Positions 28,296 through 36,929 of a stretch of 47,535 nt of DNA are shown here, in pieces. A program made the translations under genes and the position numbers. The stretch comes from an uncultured bacterium (lineage in GTDB: Bacteria > Eisenbacteria > RBG-16-71-46 > DASYSL01). Location of the stretch: NCBI GenBank assembly GCA_964386525.1, contig CAYLSO010000258.1, forward strand, positions 1 through 47,535, in the 5' to 3' direction. The notes beneath the pieces were generated by a model. The model was not told where the DNA came from. It saw only the letters and a program-made list of their open reading frames with translations, and did not search any database. The first letter of the stretch is position 1, and each line of letters starts with the position of its first letter.

Positions 28296-30293
28296 CTAGT
28301 CGCGCAGCCAGACCACGGTGCGCACCTCGCCGGCCGGGCGCCCGGCGACGAAGAGCCTCGCGAAGTAGACGCCGGGGGCCGCGGGGCGCCCGTCGGCGGC
28401 GGTCCCGTCCCAGATCACGGTGTGGCGTCCAGGCGGGTACGCGCCCTCGCCGAAGACCCGCACGCGCCGCCCGGCGACATCGTAGACGGCCACCTGGGCG
28501 GTCGCGCCGCGGCCGTGCTGCTGCCCGACGGCGAACTCGAAGCGCGCCGCGCCGCGCGCCGGGTTGGGCCACGGCGGGGCCAGGGCCGAGACCGCTCCGC
28601 TCAGCGGCTCGACGCCGACGTTGGGAGCCTCGAGGCCGCAGCCGTCCTGGTAGAAGAGGAAGACGAAGCCGCCCGAGGTGTCCCAGTCCCAGCCGCCCGA
28701 GGGGCCGACGCCGTCCGGCACGCGCGTGAAGCAGCTGTCCGGGAAGAACGTCGGCAGGCGCGACCAGCCCAGCTGGTCGATGCGCACCAGGCCGTTGGGG
28801 CGCTCCTCGTAGAGATCCACGCGGTCCTCTTCCTCGAACTCGAAGCTGATGGTGCCGTTCAGGCCGTGGTACACGGTGTACTTCTGCGCCGGCTCCAGCG
28901 GGATCGCGTCACCCGGCTGGAAGATCGGCTGGATGAGGTAGCCGTCGGAGATGCGGTAGGTGCGGACGTCCTTGATCGCCGGCGTCGGGTTGTAGAACTG
29001 CAGCGACTCGTTGAGCGGGTCGACGTCGCTGTTCAGCGGGTACACGTAGACCGAGTTGATGCGCGTGCTGCTGCCCAGGTCGGGCGGCGCGGCCTGGTTG
29101 GCGGCGTCCGGCGTGGGCGCGCCGATATTGAAATCGGCGCCGTCGTTGTTGGTGTCGTAGCCGTCCGGGAAGCGGTTGGTGCTCGTGGACAGGGTCTCCG
29201 GCTCGGCCACCCCCTGGTCCGGGTGCATCGCGCCGGGCGGGCTGCCGTCGTAGTCGAAGCCCGGGACGGCGCCGCCGAAGCCCGGCGGCCGCGAGTAGCC
29301 CGCCGGCACGACGATGGGGCAGGAGATGGGGGCGCTGCCGGCGTTGCCGTAGGCCACCTGGTCGATGACCTGGGCGCTGTCGTCCAAGAGCAGGATGATG
29401 CCGCCGGCGTCGAAGAGGAAGTCCTCTCCGACGGCGGCCGTGCCCTCGGTGCCGAAGACCCGCGGCCCGGCGAGGTAGTACTGGCAGTTGTAACAGAACT
29501 GGTCGAAGGTGCTGTCGGCCTGCGTCCCGAAACCCTCGGGCAGGAGGCTGTCGCCCGGCGCGAACTGCGAGAGGCTGACGGTCGAGTAGTCGCGGTTGAA
29601 GACCTGGATCGACCACCCGGTGAGGTCCACGGGAGCGCCGCTGACGTTGAGGATCTCCACGAACTCCACGTCCGGCGCCTGCGGGCGCACCAGGAACTCG
29701 TTGATCACCACCGGGGCGGTCTGCGGGGTAGGATTGTTCAGCGGGCTCTGCGGCAGCGACCCGATGGCCCCGCCGAAGTCCACTTCCCGACCGTGCTTGA
29801 TGGCGACGGCATTGGGGTGCTGGCCGGACAGCGAGGGCCGCACCGATGAGTAGAAGACGAAGCGCCCGCTGCCCGTCTCGCCGGTGTAGCAGCCGACCTC
29901 GAGAGGCTCGAACTTCACGGTCGCGCCCAGGGCGTCGAAGGGGATCGACGGGTCGGTCTTGCAGAGGAACTCGCCGCGGTAGTTGAGATTGCAGGACTGC
30001 CCGAAGTCGTCCTCACCGGTGGAGTACCCGGCGGGATACGGAAAGCGGACGGCCTCGCCGTTGCAAGTGTCGTTGAAGGCCGCCAGGTCGAGGAAGAGAT
30101 CGAGGTGCCCCAGATCGTGGCTCTCGAGCGACCAGGTCACGATCACCGTGTACTTGTAGAGCCCCTCGAACCCCGGATCCTGGCTGAACGCCACCGAGGA
30201 CGAAGCCTCGATGACATCCGCTGCCCGCGCCGGCGGGGCCAGGACCAGGAGGAGCGCGGCGCAGGATGCGGCGAGGAGAAGTAGCTTTCGCAT
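28296..30293 (-). CDS. secreted multidomain surface protein: unrecognised Cys-rich N-terminal domain + lamin-tail domains + FlgD-Ig/T9SS-like CTD
   Basis: The start MRKLLLLAASCAALLLVLAPPARA (signal peptide) has GGGAG upstream. The LTD signature is VINEFLVRPQAPDVEFVEILNVSGAPVDLTGWSI. The C-terminus is WPNPARGAARFEFAV...GVYFARLFVAG...VVWLRD. Confidence 0.85.
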   Translation of the reverse strand: MRKLLLLAASCAALLLVLAPPARAADVIEASSSVAFSQDPGFEGLYKYTVIVTWSLESHDLGHLDLFLDLAAFNDTCNGEAVRFPYPAGYSTGEDDFGQSCNLNYRGEFLCKTDPSIPFDALGATVKFEPLEVGCYTGETGSGRFVFYSSVRPSLSGQHPNAVAIKHGREVDFGGAIGSLPQSPLNNPTPQTAPVVINEFLVRPQAPDVEFVEILNVSGAPVDLTGWSIQVFNRDYSTVSLSQFAPGDSLLPEGFGTQADSTFDQFCYNCQYYLAGPRVFGTEGTAAVGEDFLFDAGGIILLLDDSAQVIDQVAYGNAGSAPISCPIVVPAGYSRPPGFGGAVPGFDYDGSPPGAMHPDQGVAEPETLSTSTNRFPDGYDTNNDGADFNIGAPTPDAANQAAPPDLGSSTRINSVYVYPLNSDVDPLNESLQFYNPTPAIKDVRTYRISDGYLIQPIFQPGDAIPLEPAQKYTVYHGLNGTISFEFEEEDRVDLYEERPNGLVRIDQLGWSRLPTFFPDSCFTRVPDGVGPSGGWDWDTSGGFVFLFYQDGCGLEAPNVGVEPLSGAVSALAPPWPNPARGAARFEFAVGQQHGRGATAQVAVYDVAGRRVRVFGEGAYPPGRHTVIWDGTAADGRPAAPGVYFARLFVAGRPAGEVRTVVWLRD

Positions 30294-30583
30294 GGGATAC
30301 TCCCGAGTCTCCGGATGGACACAACTGGACAGGGGCGCGGGACGGGCTCGGTCACGCGACGCCAAACACCACCTTGCGGGTCGGATAGACCACGACTGAG
30401 CTTAGGTCCGTCCGCGCAGTGGCGTCAATCGTCGTTTGTGCCGCGGCGGCTCCCGGGGCCCTCGGGCCGGCCCTGGGCCGCCCCTTTTCCCCGCGGCCGC
30501 CTTGCGGCAGCATGGGGGCGAGTGCGTGTCGCGCCCGGCTGCAGCGGTGGCCGTCGGTGCGCCGCGGGGAGCGACCCATCGCG

Positions 30584-31438
30584 ATGTTCAGCAGGACGAA
30601 ATCGGAGACCACGCCGGCCGGGCGCCGGGCGGCGCCGGACGGCGGACCCGGCTGGGCCGCGGGCCTGCCGGCCTGGCTGCGCCCGGGCCGGCGCTGGATC
30701 CTGCCCGGCGCCATCGCCGCCGTCCTGCTCGCCGTTGCGCTGCCGCTGTGGCTGCTGCAGGCGCGGGTGTCGGCCCTGCGCGAGTTTCGCGCCGCGGCGC
30801 CGGGCTGGATCTACCCCTCGCACGTCTACTCCGACTGGATCGACCTCGATGCGCGCCACGACCTGCCGCGCGGCTACCTCGAGGCCTCCCTCCTGGCGCG
30901 CGGCTACCACCCCGCCGGCCGCCCGCTGGCCGAGCCCGGCACCTTCGCCGCCGTCGGCGGCGGGCTCGAGGTCTACCTGCGCGCCTTCGCCTATCCCGAG
31001 AGCCTCTGCCGCCCGGCGCGCGTCCGGCTGGAGTTCGCCAAGGGCCGGCTGAGCCGCGTGCTCGTCGGGCGCGGCGGCCTCCGCGCCCCGCGCCTCGAGC
31101 CGGTGCTGCTGCGCGTCTACTCCTCGACCGAAAATCCGGTGGAGCGGACCTTCGTGCGCCTCGAGGAGATCCCGCCGGCCGTGCGGGCCGCGCTGGTCTC
31201 GGCCGAGGACCGCCGCTTCTTCCAGCATCTGGGCGTAGACGTGCGCGGCACCGGCCGCGCCCTCTACCACAACGTGCGCGGGGGCGGCGGGCTGCAGGGC
31301 GGGAGCACGCTGACGCAGCAGCTGGCCCGCAGCCTGTTCCTGAGCCGCCGCCGCTCGTTGGGCCGCAAGCTCGAGGAGTCGGCGCTCGCCGTCGGGCTCG
31401 AGCTGGTGCTGCGCAAGCGCGACATCCTCGAGATGTAA
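30584..31438 (+). pseudogene. class A penicillin-binding protein, N-terminal fragment (TM anchor + most of the GT51 transglycosylase), ended by an in-frame TAA
   Basis: The GT51 motifs EDRRFFQHLGVD, GGSTLTQQLAR and RKLEESALAVGLE are present. KRDILEM-TAA-LNSVYLG follows, with the stop sitting where the conserved Tyr of ILExYLN belongs. The start at 30584 is uncertain; ATG 30512 is an alternative. Confidence 0.75.
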
Positions 31439-33058
31439 CTGAACTCCGTCTACCTGGGCAACGCCGGCCCGGTCGAGATCGGCGGCGTGTCCGAGGGGGC
31501 GCGCTACTTCTTCGACAAGTCCGTGCACGAGCTGACCCTGCCCGAGGCCGCGCTGCTGATCGGCGTGATCCCGGCGCCCAACCTGTACTCGCCCTTCCGG
31601 AGTCCGAAGCTGGCCCTGGCGCGGCGCAACCAGGTGTTGCGGGACATGGTGGAGGCCGGCCGTCTCGACTCGACCGTGGCGCGGCGCGCCATGGCCGCCC
31701 CGCTGACCCCGCGCCGCGGCCGCGCCCGGCCGGTGCTCTTCCCGTTCTTCACCGACTACGCGGTGGCCGAGCTGGGCCGGCACCTGCCGCCCGGAGACCT
31801 CGAGTCGCGCGGACTGCGCGTCTTCACCACGCTCGATCCCGTCTGGCAGTCGCGCGCCGAGACGCAGCTGGCGCTGGGGGTAGCCGACGTCGAGCGCTGG
31901 TACGGGCGGCGAGGCCCGCAGCCTCTGGAGGGCGCGGCCTGCCTGCTCGAGCCCGGCAGCGGCCGCGTGCGCGCCCTGGTCGGCGGCCGCGACTACCGCC
32001 GCAGCCCCTTCAACCGGGCCACCCAGTCGCTGCGCCAGCCGGGCTCCGCCTTCAAGCCGATCATCTACGCCGCGGCCTTCGATCGCCACTGGCGGGACAA
32101 GGACTTCTCCGCGGCCACCACCGTGCCCGACCTGCCGCGCGAGTTCCCGACACCGGAGGGCCCGTGGCGGCCGCGCAACGACGACGGCACCTACCACGAG
32201 CGCGTCACGCTCGCCCGGGCGCTGGCCAAGTCGCTCAACGTGGCCACCGCCAACCTCACCGAACGCATCGGCCCGCGCACCGTCGCCCAGTACGCCGCGC
32301 GGCTCGGCCTGGGCGGCGTGCGCCCGGTGATCAGCATCGGGCTGGGCACCAGCGAGGTCACGCCGGCGCAGCTCGCCGCCGTCTTCGCCACGCTGCAGAA
32401 CGACGGCGTGCGCGTCGAGCCGCAGCCCCTGCGGCTGGCGGTGGCGGCCGGCGGGCGCGTCGAGTTCCGCCCCGCCCCGCCGCACGAGCGCGTCTTCCAG
32501 GCGACGGCCGCGCGGCTCACCGTGCAGCTCCTGCGCGGCGTCGTGGACTTCGGCACCGCCTACTCGCTCAAGAGCCAGTGCGGTTTCTTCCGGCCCGCGG
32601 CCGGCAAGACCGGCACCACCGACGACTACAAGGACGCCTGGTTCGTGGGCTTCACCCCGGACGTGCTGTGCGCCGTGTGGCTCGGCTACGACCAGCCGAC
32701 CCCGCTCGGCGACACCGCGGCCGGCACGGCGGTGCCGGTGTGGGCCCGGATCGTGGCGGCGGTGCTCGCCGAGTTCCCGCCGCGCCCCCTGCCCGAGCCC
32801 GCCGAGTTCGAGTTCGCGCTCATCGACCCGTACTCCGGCGGCCTCGCGACCCCCTACTGCCCGTCGCGGATGCGCGCCGCCTTCCTGCGCGGCACGGCCC
32901 CGGCGCGCGTCTGCGGGGCCGATCACAGCGCCGAATGGATGGTCGGCCCGCTGCTGGAGGACGCGGCGGCCGAGTCGCTCACCGTCGTCGAATCCGGCGG
33001 TAGCGCCGACAGCCTGTCGGCGGGCCCGCCGGCCCCCGCCGCCCCGCCGGCGCCGTAA
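31439..33058 (+). pseudogene. class A penicillin-binding protein, C-terminal fragment (end of GT51 + transpeptidase), same frame as 30584..31438
   Basis: It continues LNSVYLGNAGPVEIGGVSEGARYFF...LPEAALLIGVIPAPNLYSP. The transpeptidase motifs are SAFK (GSAFKPIIYAAAF), SLN and KTGTT. The first possible restart codon is GTG at 31487. Confidence 0.75.
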
Positions 33059-33189
33059 GCACCGGTTTCAAGAGGCCTCCGAAACCGCGAGTCGCGCATC
33101 CCGCGCGGCGCGACGCGCGCACCGTGCATCCTGCACGGCGTACGCGGCGCGGAATTCACAGAGAATCCCACGCGCCGCGGCGCCCCGGC

Positions 33190-33219
33190 TTGACGGCCCC
33201 CGCGCCCGCTCCGTACACT
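33190..33219 (+). promoter_or_regulatory. possible sigma70-type promoter for 33319..33927
   Basis: TTGACG, 18 nt, TACACT lies about 100 nt upstream of the ATG. This rests on pattern match only. Confidence 0.3.
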
Positions 33220-33318
33220 TATAGCGTCACTTCCAGGGAAGAGCCGCAGCGCAGTCCCTCGGCGGCTCGTCGGATTACCCTTCAAAGGAATGAGTCAGAG
33301 ACAGTTTGGAGGAGGAAG

Positions 33319-33927
33319 ATGCGTACCTCGCTATCTCTGTGTTTGCTCGTTTGCGGCCTCGTGCTCGCCGTCGCCCAGCCCGCCGCCGCGCAGACGTGCG
33401 CCTCGGGGACGGTGACCGCCGTGTTCAACGCCGACCCCGCCTTCCCCGGCATGTGGAAGTACTGCGCCGAGGTGAGCTGGAGCTTCGACAAGTACCAGGT
33501 GTCTCACCTCACCACCTTCCTGTGGTTGCCCAACTGCGCTTGCATCTGCGATCCCCGCTTCATCCGGTTCGGCGACCCGGCCGGCCATTCGGTGAACACC
33601 TCCTCCGACCCCACCTGCGAGCTGGACTACTCCGGGGACTACGTGTGCACGGGCGACCCCTCGCTGCCCGACCAGTACAACGGCCCGGCGATCAAGTTCC
33701 TTCCCGAGTCCGATTTGGGCTGCGAGCCGGGGATCTCGGGTTACGGGACCTTCTGCTTCTACTCGCCGATGCCCCCGCAGGACCCCTCGGACGATCCGCA
33801 GGGCCTGGCGATCAAGCACGGCCAGCAGATCTGCTACGGGATGCTCTCCGGCCAGATGCCCAGCTGCGACTGCGCGCTGCCGACGCAGACGACGACCTGG
33901 GGCTCGCTGAAGGCTACGTACCGCTAG
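33319..33927 (+). CDS. small secreted Cys-rich protein: unrecognised domain shared with 28296..30293, ending in a TTWGSLKATYR tag
   Basis: GGAGGAGGA RBS, then the signal peptide MRTSLSLCLLVCGLVLAVAQPAAAQ. About 150 aa are colinear with the N-terminal domain of the LTD protein. The C-terminus is DCALPTQTTTWGSLKATYR. Confidence 0.8.
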   Translation: MRTSLSLCLLVCGLVLAVAQPAAAQTCASGTVTAVFNADPAFPGMWKYCAEVSWSFDKYQVSHLTTFLWLPNCACICDPRFIRFGDPAGHSVNTSSDPTCELDYSGDYVCTGDPSLPDQYNGPAIKFLPESDLGCEPGISGYGTFCFYSPMPPQDPSDDPQGLAIKHGQQICYGMLSGQMPSCDCALPTQTTTWGSLKATYR

Positions 33928-33946
33928 GGACCACTTCCCGCTTTCC

Positions 33947-33973
33947 CCGGAGGCGCGCCGTGCGCGTCTCCGG
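33947..33973 (+). terminator. GC-rich hairpin after 33319..33927 (possible terminator, no U-tract)
   Basis: A 12-bp stem CCGGAGGCGCGC / GCGCGTCTCCGG (one G-U pair) with loop CGT lies 20 nt after the stop. Confidence 0.35.
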
Positions 33974-34110
33974 CGCACAGGGGCGCGGCGCCTGAGGACC
34001 TCCTCCCTCGGCGCGCGCCCCGACTCTTTGCGGCGACCTTGCCGGCGGCCCCGCGCCGGCGGGGCACCGCGCCTTGCCCCCGAGACCCTTCCGCCGCTAG
34101 GCTCCGCCCC

Positions 34111-36882
34111 GTGAACCCATCGACCTCTCCGCTTACCAATCCCTACGAGCCGGCCGGCGATTTCGCGGCCGAAGCCGCCGCCCTCGACGCCGGGCGCCTC
34201 GAGGAACTCGACGCCTGGGCCGCCGGCATGGCCCGCCATCCGCAGGGCGGCGAGTGGCACAAGCGCGGCGAGCGGCGGCTGGCCGAAAACCAGGCCGGAG
34301 CGCAGGCCCAGTACGCGCACGCCGCGCTGCTGGAGGCGCAGGGCGAGCGGGCCGAGGCGGCGCGGCTCCTGGTGGGCTTGTGCGAGCGCCTGGCGCAGGC
34401 CGCGGCCTGGCCGGCGGTCGCACTCGTGGCCCGCCGCGCCCTGCGTGCCGAGGCCGGGCCGCCCGCGGCCCGCTGGCTGGTGCACGCCGCCGACGAGACC
34501 GGCGGCGAGGACGAGCGCTTCGAGGCGCTGATCGAGGCCCACGAGGCCGCCCCCGGAGAGGCCCGTCTGGCGTGGCGCCTCTCCCGCCAGTACGAGGCGC
34601 GTGGCGAGCGCGAGAGCGCTCTCGACGCCACCGGCCGCGCCCTCGACGCGCTCGCCCGCCGGCACGACGCCGAGGGCATGGAGGAAGCCCTTCTCAGCCT
34701 GCTCGACGAGAGCGATCCCGCCTACCTGCGGTTGGCGCTGCCGCCGCTGCCGCTGTTCGCCAAGGGCGGCGAGGCGGAGCGCGTGGCGGGCTTCCTCGAG
34801 CTCTCCTGGCCGGCCCTGCGCGCCGCGGGACTGGCGGGCGCGACCTGGCAGACGCTGCGCGCCATGCTGCTCGACCTGGCCGAGCCGGGCGGCCTCGTGG
34901 CGCTGGTGCCCGAGGTGGTCGAGGCCGCCCTGCCCCAGGGAGCCGCCGCTCGCGCCCTGCTCGAGGACGCCGGCTACGGCGCCGATCCCGCGGCATCGTG
35001 GCTGCCGCTCTTCGAGCGCCTGCTGCCGTTCGTGCCGGGTGCCTACGCGGAGCACGGCTCGTGGGGCGTCGGCCGCGTCTCGAGCTTGACGCGCGAGGAG
35101 GTCTGGATCGATTTCCCCGGCCGCCCCGGCCACCGCATGACCCTGCGCGGTGCGCACCAGGCACTCGTCCCGCTCGACCCCGAGGACCTCGCGGTGCTCG
35201 CCGCGTGGCAGGCCGACCGGCTGGCGGAGCTGCGCGCCGCCGACCCCGTGGACCTGATCGTGCGAGCCCTGCGGCGGCTGGGCGGCGACGCCGCCGGCGC
35301 CGATCTCAAGAAGTTGCTCGTGCGCTACGCCGTACCGGAGACGGAGTGGACCGCCTTCTGGAACGCCGCCCGTTCCCGCCTCCCCGCCGACCCGCGGGTC
35401 GACGGCAGCGCGGCTTATCGCGGCCGCTACCGGCTCATCGCGGCAGGGCCGGGAGCGCCCGCCGGCGCCATCGAGCCGGCAGTGCCGCTGCCCCGCTTCG
35501 ACCGCGGCGCCGACGCGCGCCAGGTGCTGACCACGCTGCGCCGGTTCCTCGCGCAGCATCCGGACGAGGCGGTGCGGCTGGCGCAGGAGCGCGGCTCCGT
35601 GCTGCGCGCCTGGCGCGACGACCCGGCGCTGGCATGGCGCGAGCGCGTCGGGGCCCTGCTCGTGCTCGCCATCGTCGCCGACGCGGAATCGGCGGCCGCC
35701 GCGCCCGCCGTGCTGGCGCGCGCCCTGGCCGACGGCTTCGATCCGCGCGAGCTGCCTTCGGGGCCGGAGCAGCGGCAGACCATCGAGTGGGGCCTGGCCT
35801 CGGCCGAGTGGGAGGCCGCGGTGCGCTCCGGCATCGCCGCGCGCTTCACCGACGTCAAGGATCTCGCCTTCGAGAGCCTCCTGGCGCGCCTGGGCGAGGG
35901 CGCCGGCGGGTTCCTCACCACCCTGGCCCGTCGCGCCGTGGAGTGGCCCGACGCCGCGCTGGCCGTCCTCGAGCGCGCGTACGGCGTCCGCGCCCCGGCG
36001 CGGGGCGCCGGCGCGGGCCCCGGCGGCTTCCCGGCCCTGGATCCGTGGGAGTCGGCGTGCGGCCTCGCGGAGCTGCTCGAGAGCGGGCCCGGGCCACAGC
36101 GCGTGAAAGCCGGGCTGCCCCTGCTCGCCACCGACGGGCCGCTGGCGCTCGCCGCCGCCGCGGCCGTCCCCGGCGCCGAGACGCGGGCCCGCATCGAGCG
36201 GCTGCTGCTCGGCTGGCGCGGCAGCGACCGCTCGCTGCTCCCCTTCCTCGAATGGGCGGAGACCGCCGGACTGGCCGACTTCGCGGCCCGAGTGCGGGAG
36301 AAGCGCCACATGGCCGCCCGCGCCATCACCGCCAACAGCGGCAAGGTGGAAGCGCACGAGCTGCCCCGTATCTTCCTGACGCGGGCGACGCTGCTACGCC
36401 TGCGGCGCGAGGCCAAGGGCCTCGACCAGGCGCTGCGCGGCGAGATCCCGGTCGCCATCCAGAAGGCACGCGAGCTGGGAGACCTGCGCGAAAACGCCGA
36501 GTACGAATCGGCGAAGCTCAAGCAGCGGCAGACGCAGGCGCGGCTCGCCCAGCTCGGGGCCAGGCTCGCCAACGTCTCGGTCATCGACGATCTCGACCGC
36601 CCGCCCGGCGTCGCCGGCCTCGGCACCGAGGTCGAGCTCGAACTGCCGGACGGCGGCTCGCGGCGCCTCTGGATCCTGGGCGAGGGCGACGACCGGCTCG
36701 GCCCCGAGGTGGTCTCCTACCTCGCCCCGCTCGGCCGCGCGCTGCTCGGCAAGCGCCCCGGCGACGCGGTGGAGCTGCCCGGCGACGGCGCGGCGCACTC
36801 GGCCGTCGTGCGCGCCGTGCGGCCGCGCTTGCCCGAGCCCGGCGATCCGGCGGCGGGCAGCGCCGCGCCGACCGCGGCGTGA
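34111..36882 (+). CDS. large GreA/GreB-family protein (~920 aa) with long N-terminal extension
   Basis: The last ~160 aa are GreA-like: LTRATLLRLRREAKGLDQALRGEIPVAIQKARELGDLRENAEYESAKLKQRQ..., followed by an FKBP-like C-domain (VSYLAPLGRALLGKRPGDAVELP). The N-terminal ~750 aa are helical-repeat-like, with a CarD/TRCF-RID-like stretch (HGSWGVGRVSSLTREEVWIDFPG). The start is uncertain: GTG 34111 or TTG 34039. Confidence 0.7.
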   Translation: MNPSTSPLTNPYEPAGDFAAEAAALDAGRLEELDAWAAGMARHPQGGEWHKRGERRLAENQAGAQAQYAHAALLEAQGERAEAARLLVGLCERLAQAAAWPAVALVARRALRAEAGPPAARWLVHAADETGGEDERFEALIEAHEAAPGEARLAWRLSRQYEARGERESALDATGRALDALARRHDAEGMEEALLSLLDESDPAYLRLALPPLPLFAKGGEAERVAGFLELSWPALRAAGLAGATWQTLRAMLLDLAEPGGLVALVPEVVEAALPQGAAARALLEDAGYGADPAASWLPLFERLLPFVPGAYAEHGSWGVGRVSSLTREEVWIDFPGRPGHRMTLRGAHQALVPLDPEDLAVLAAWQADRLAELRAADPVDLIVRALRRLGGDAAGADLKKLLVRYAVPETEWTAFWNAARSRLPADPRVDGSAAYRGRYRLIAAGPGAPAGAIEPAVPLPRFDRGADARQVLTTLRRFLAQHPDEAVRLAQERGSVLRAWRDDPALAWRERVGALLVLAIVADAESAAAAPAVLARALADGFDPRELPSGPEQRQTIEWGLASAEWEAAVRSGIAARFTDVKDLAFESLLARLGEGAGGFLTTLARRAVEWPDAALAVLERAYGVRAPARGAGAGPGGFPALDPWESACGLAELLESGPGPQRVKAGLPLLATDGPLALAAAAAVPGAETRARIERLLLGWRGSDRSLLPFLEWAETAGLADFAARVREKRHMAARAITANSGKVEAHELPRIFLTRATLLRLRREAKGLDQALRGEIPVAIQKARELGDLRENAEYESAKLKQRQTQARLAQLGARLANVSVIDDLDRPPGVAGLGTEVELELPDGGSRRLWILGEGDDRLGPEVVSYLAPLGRALLGKRPGDAVELPGDGAAHSAVVRAVRPRLPEPGDPAAGSAAPTAA

Positions 36883-36929
36883 CCGCCGCCGGCTGGCCGC
36901 CCCCGCCGGCCGATGCTAAGGTGACCGGC

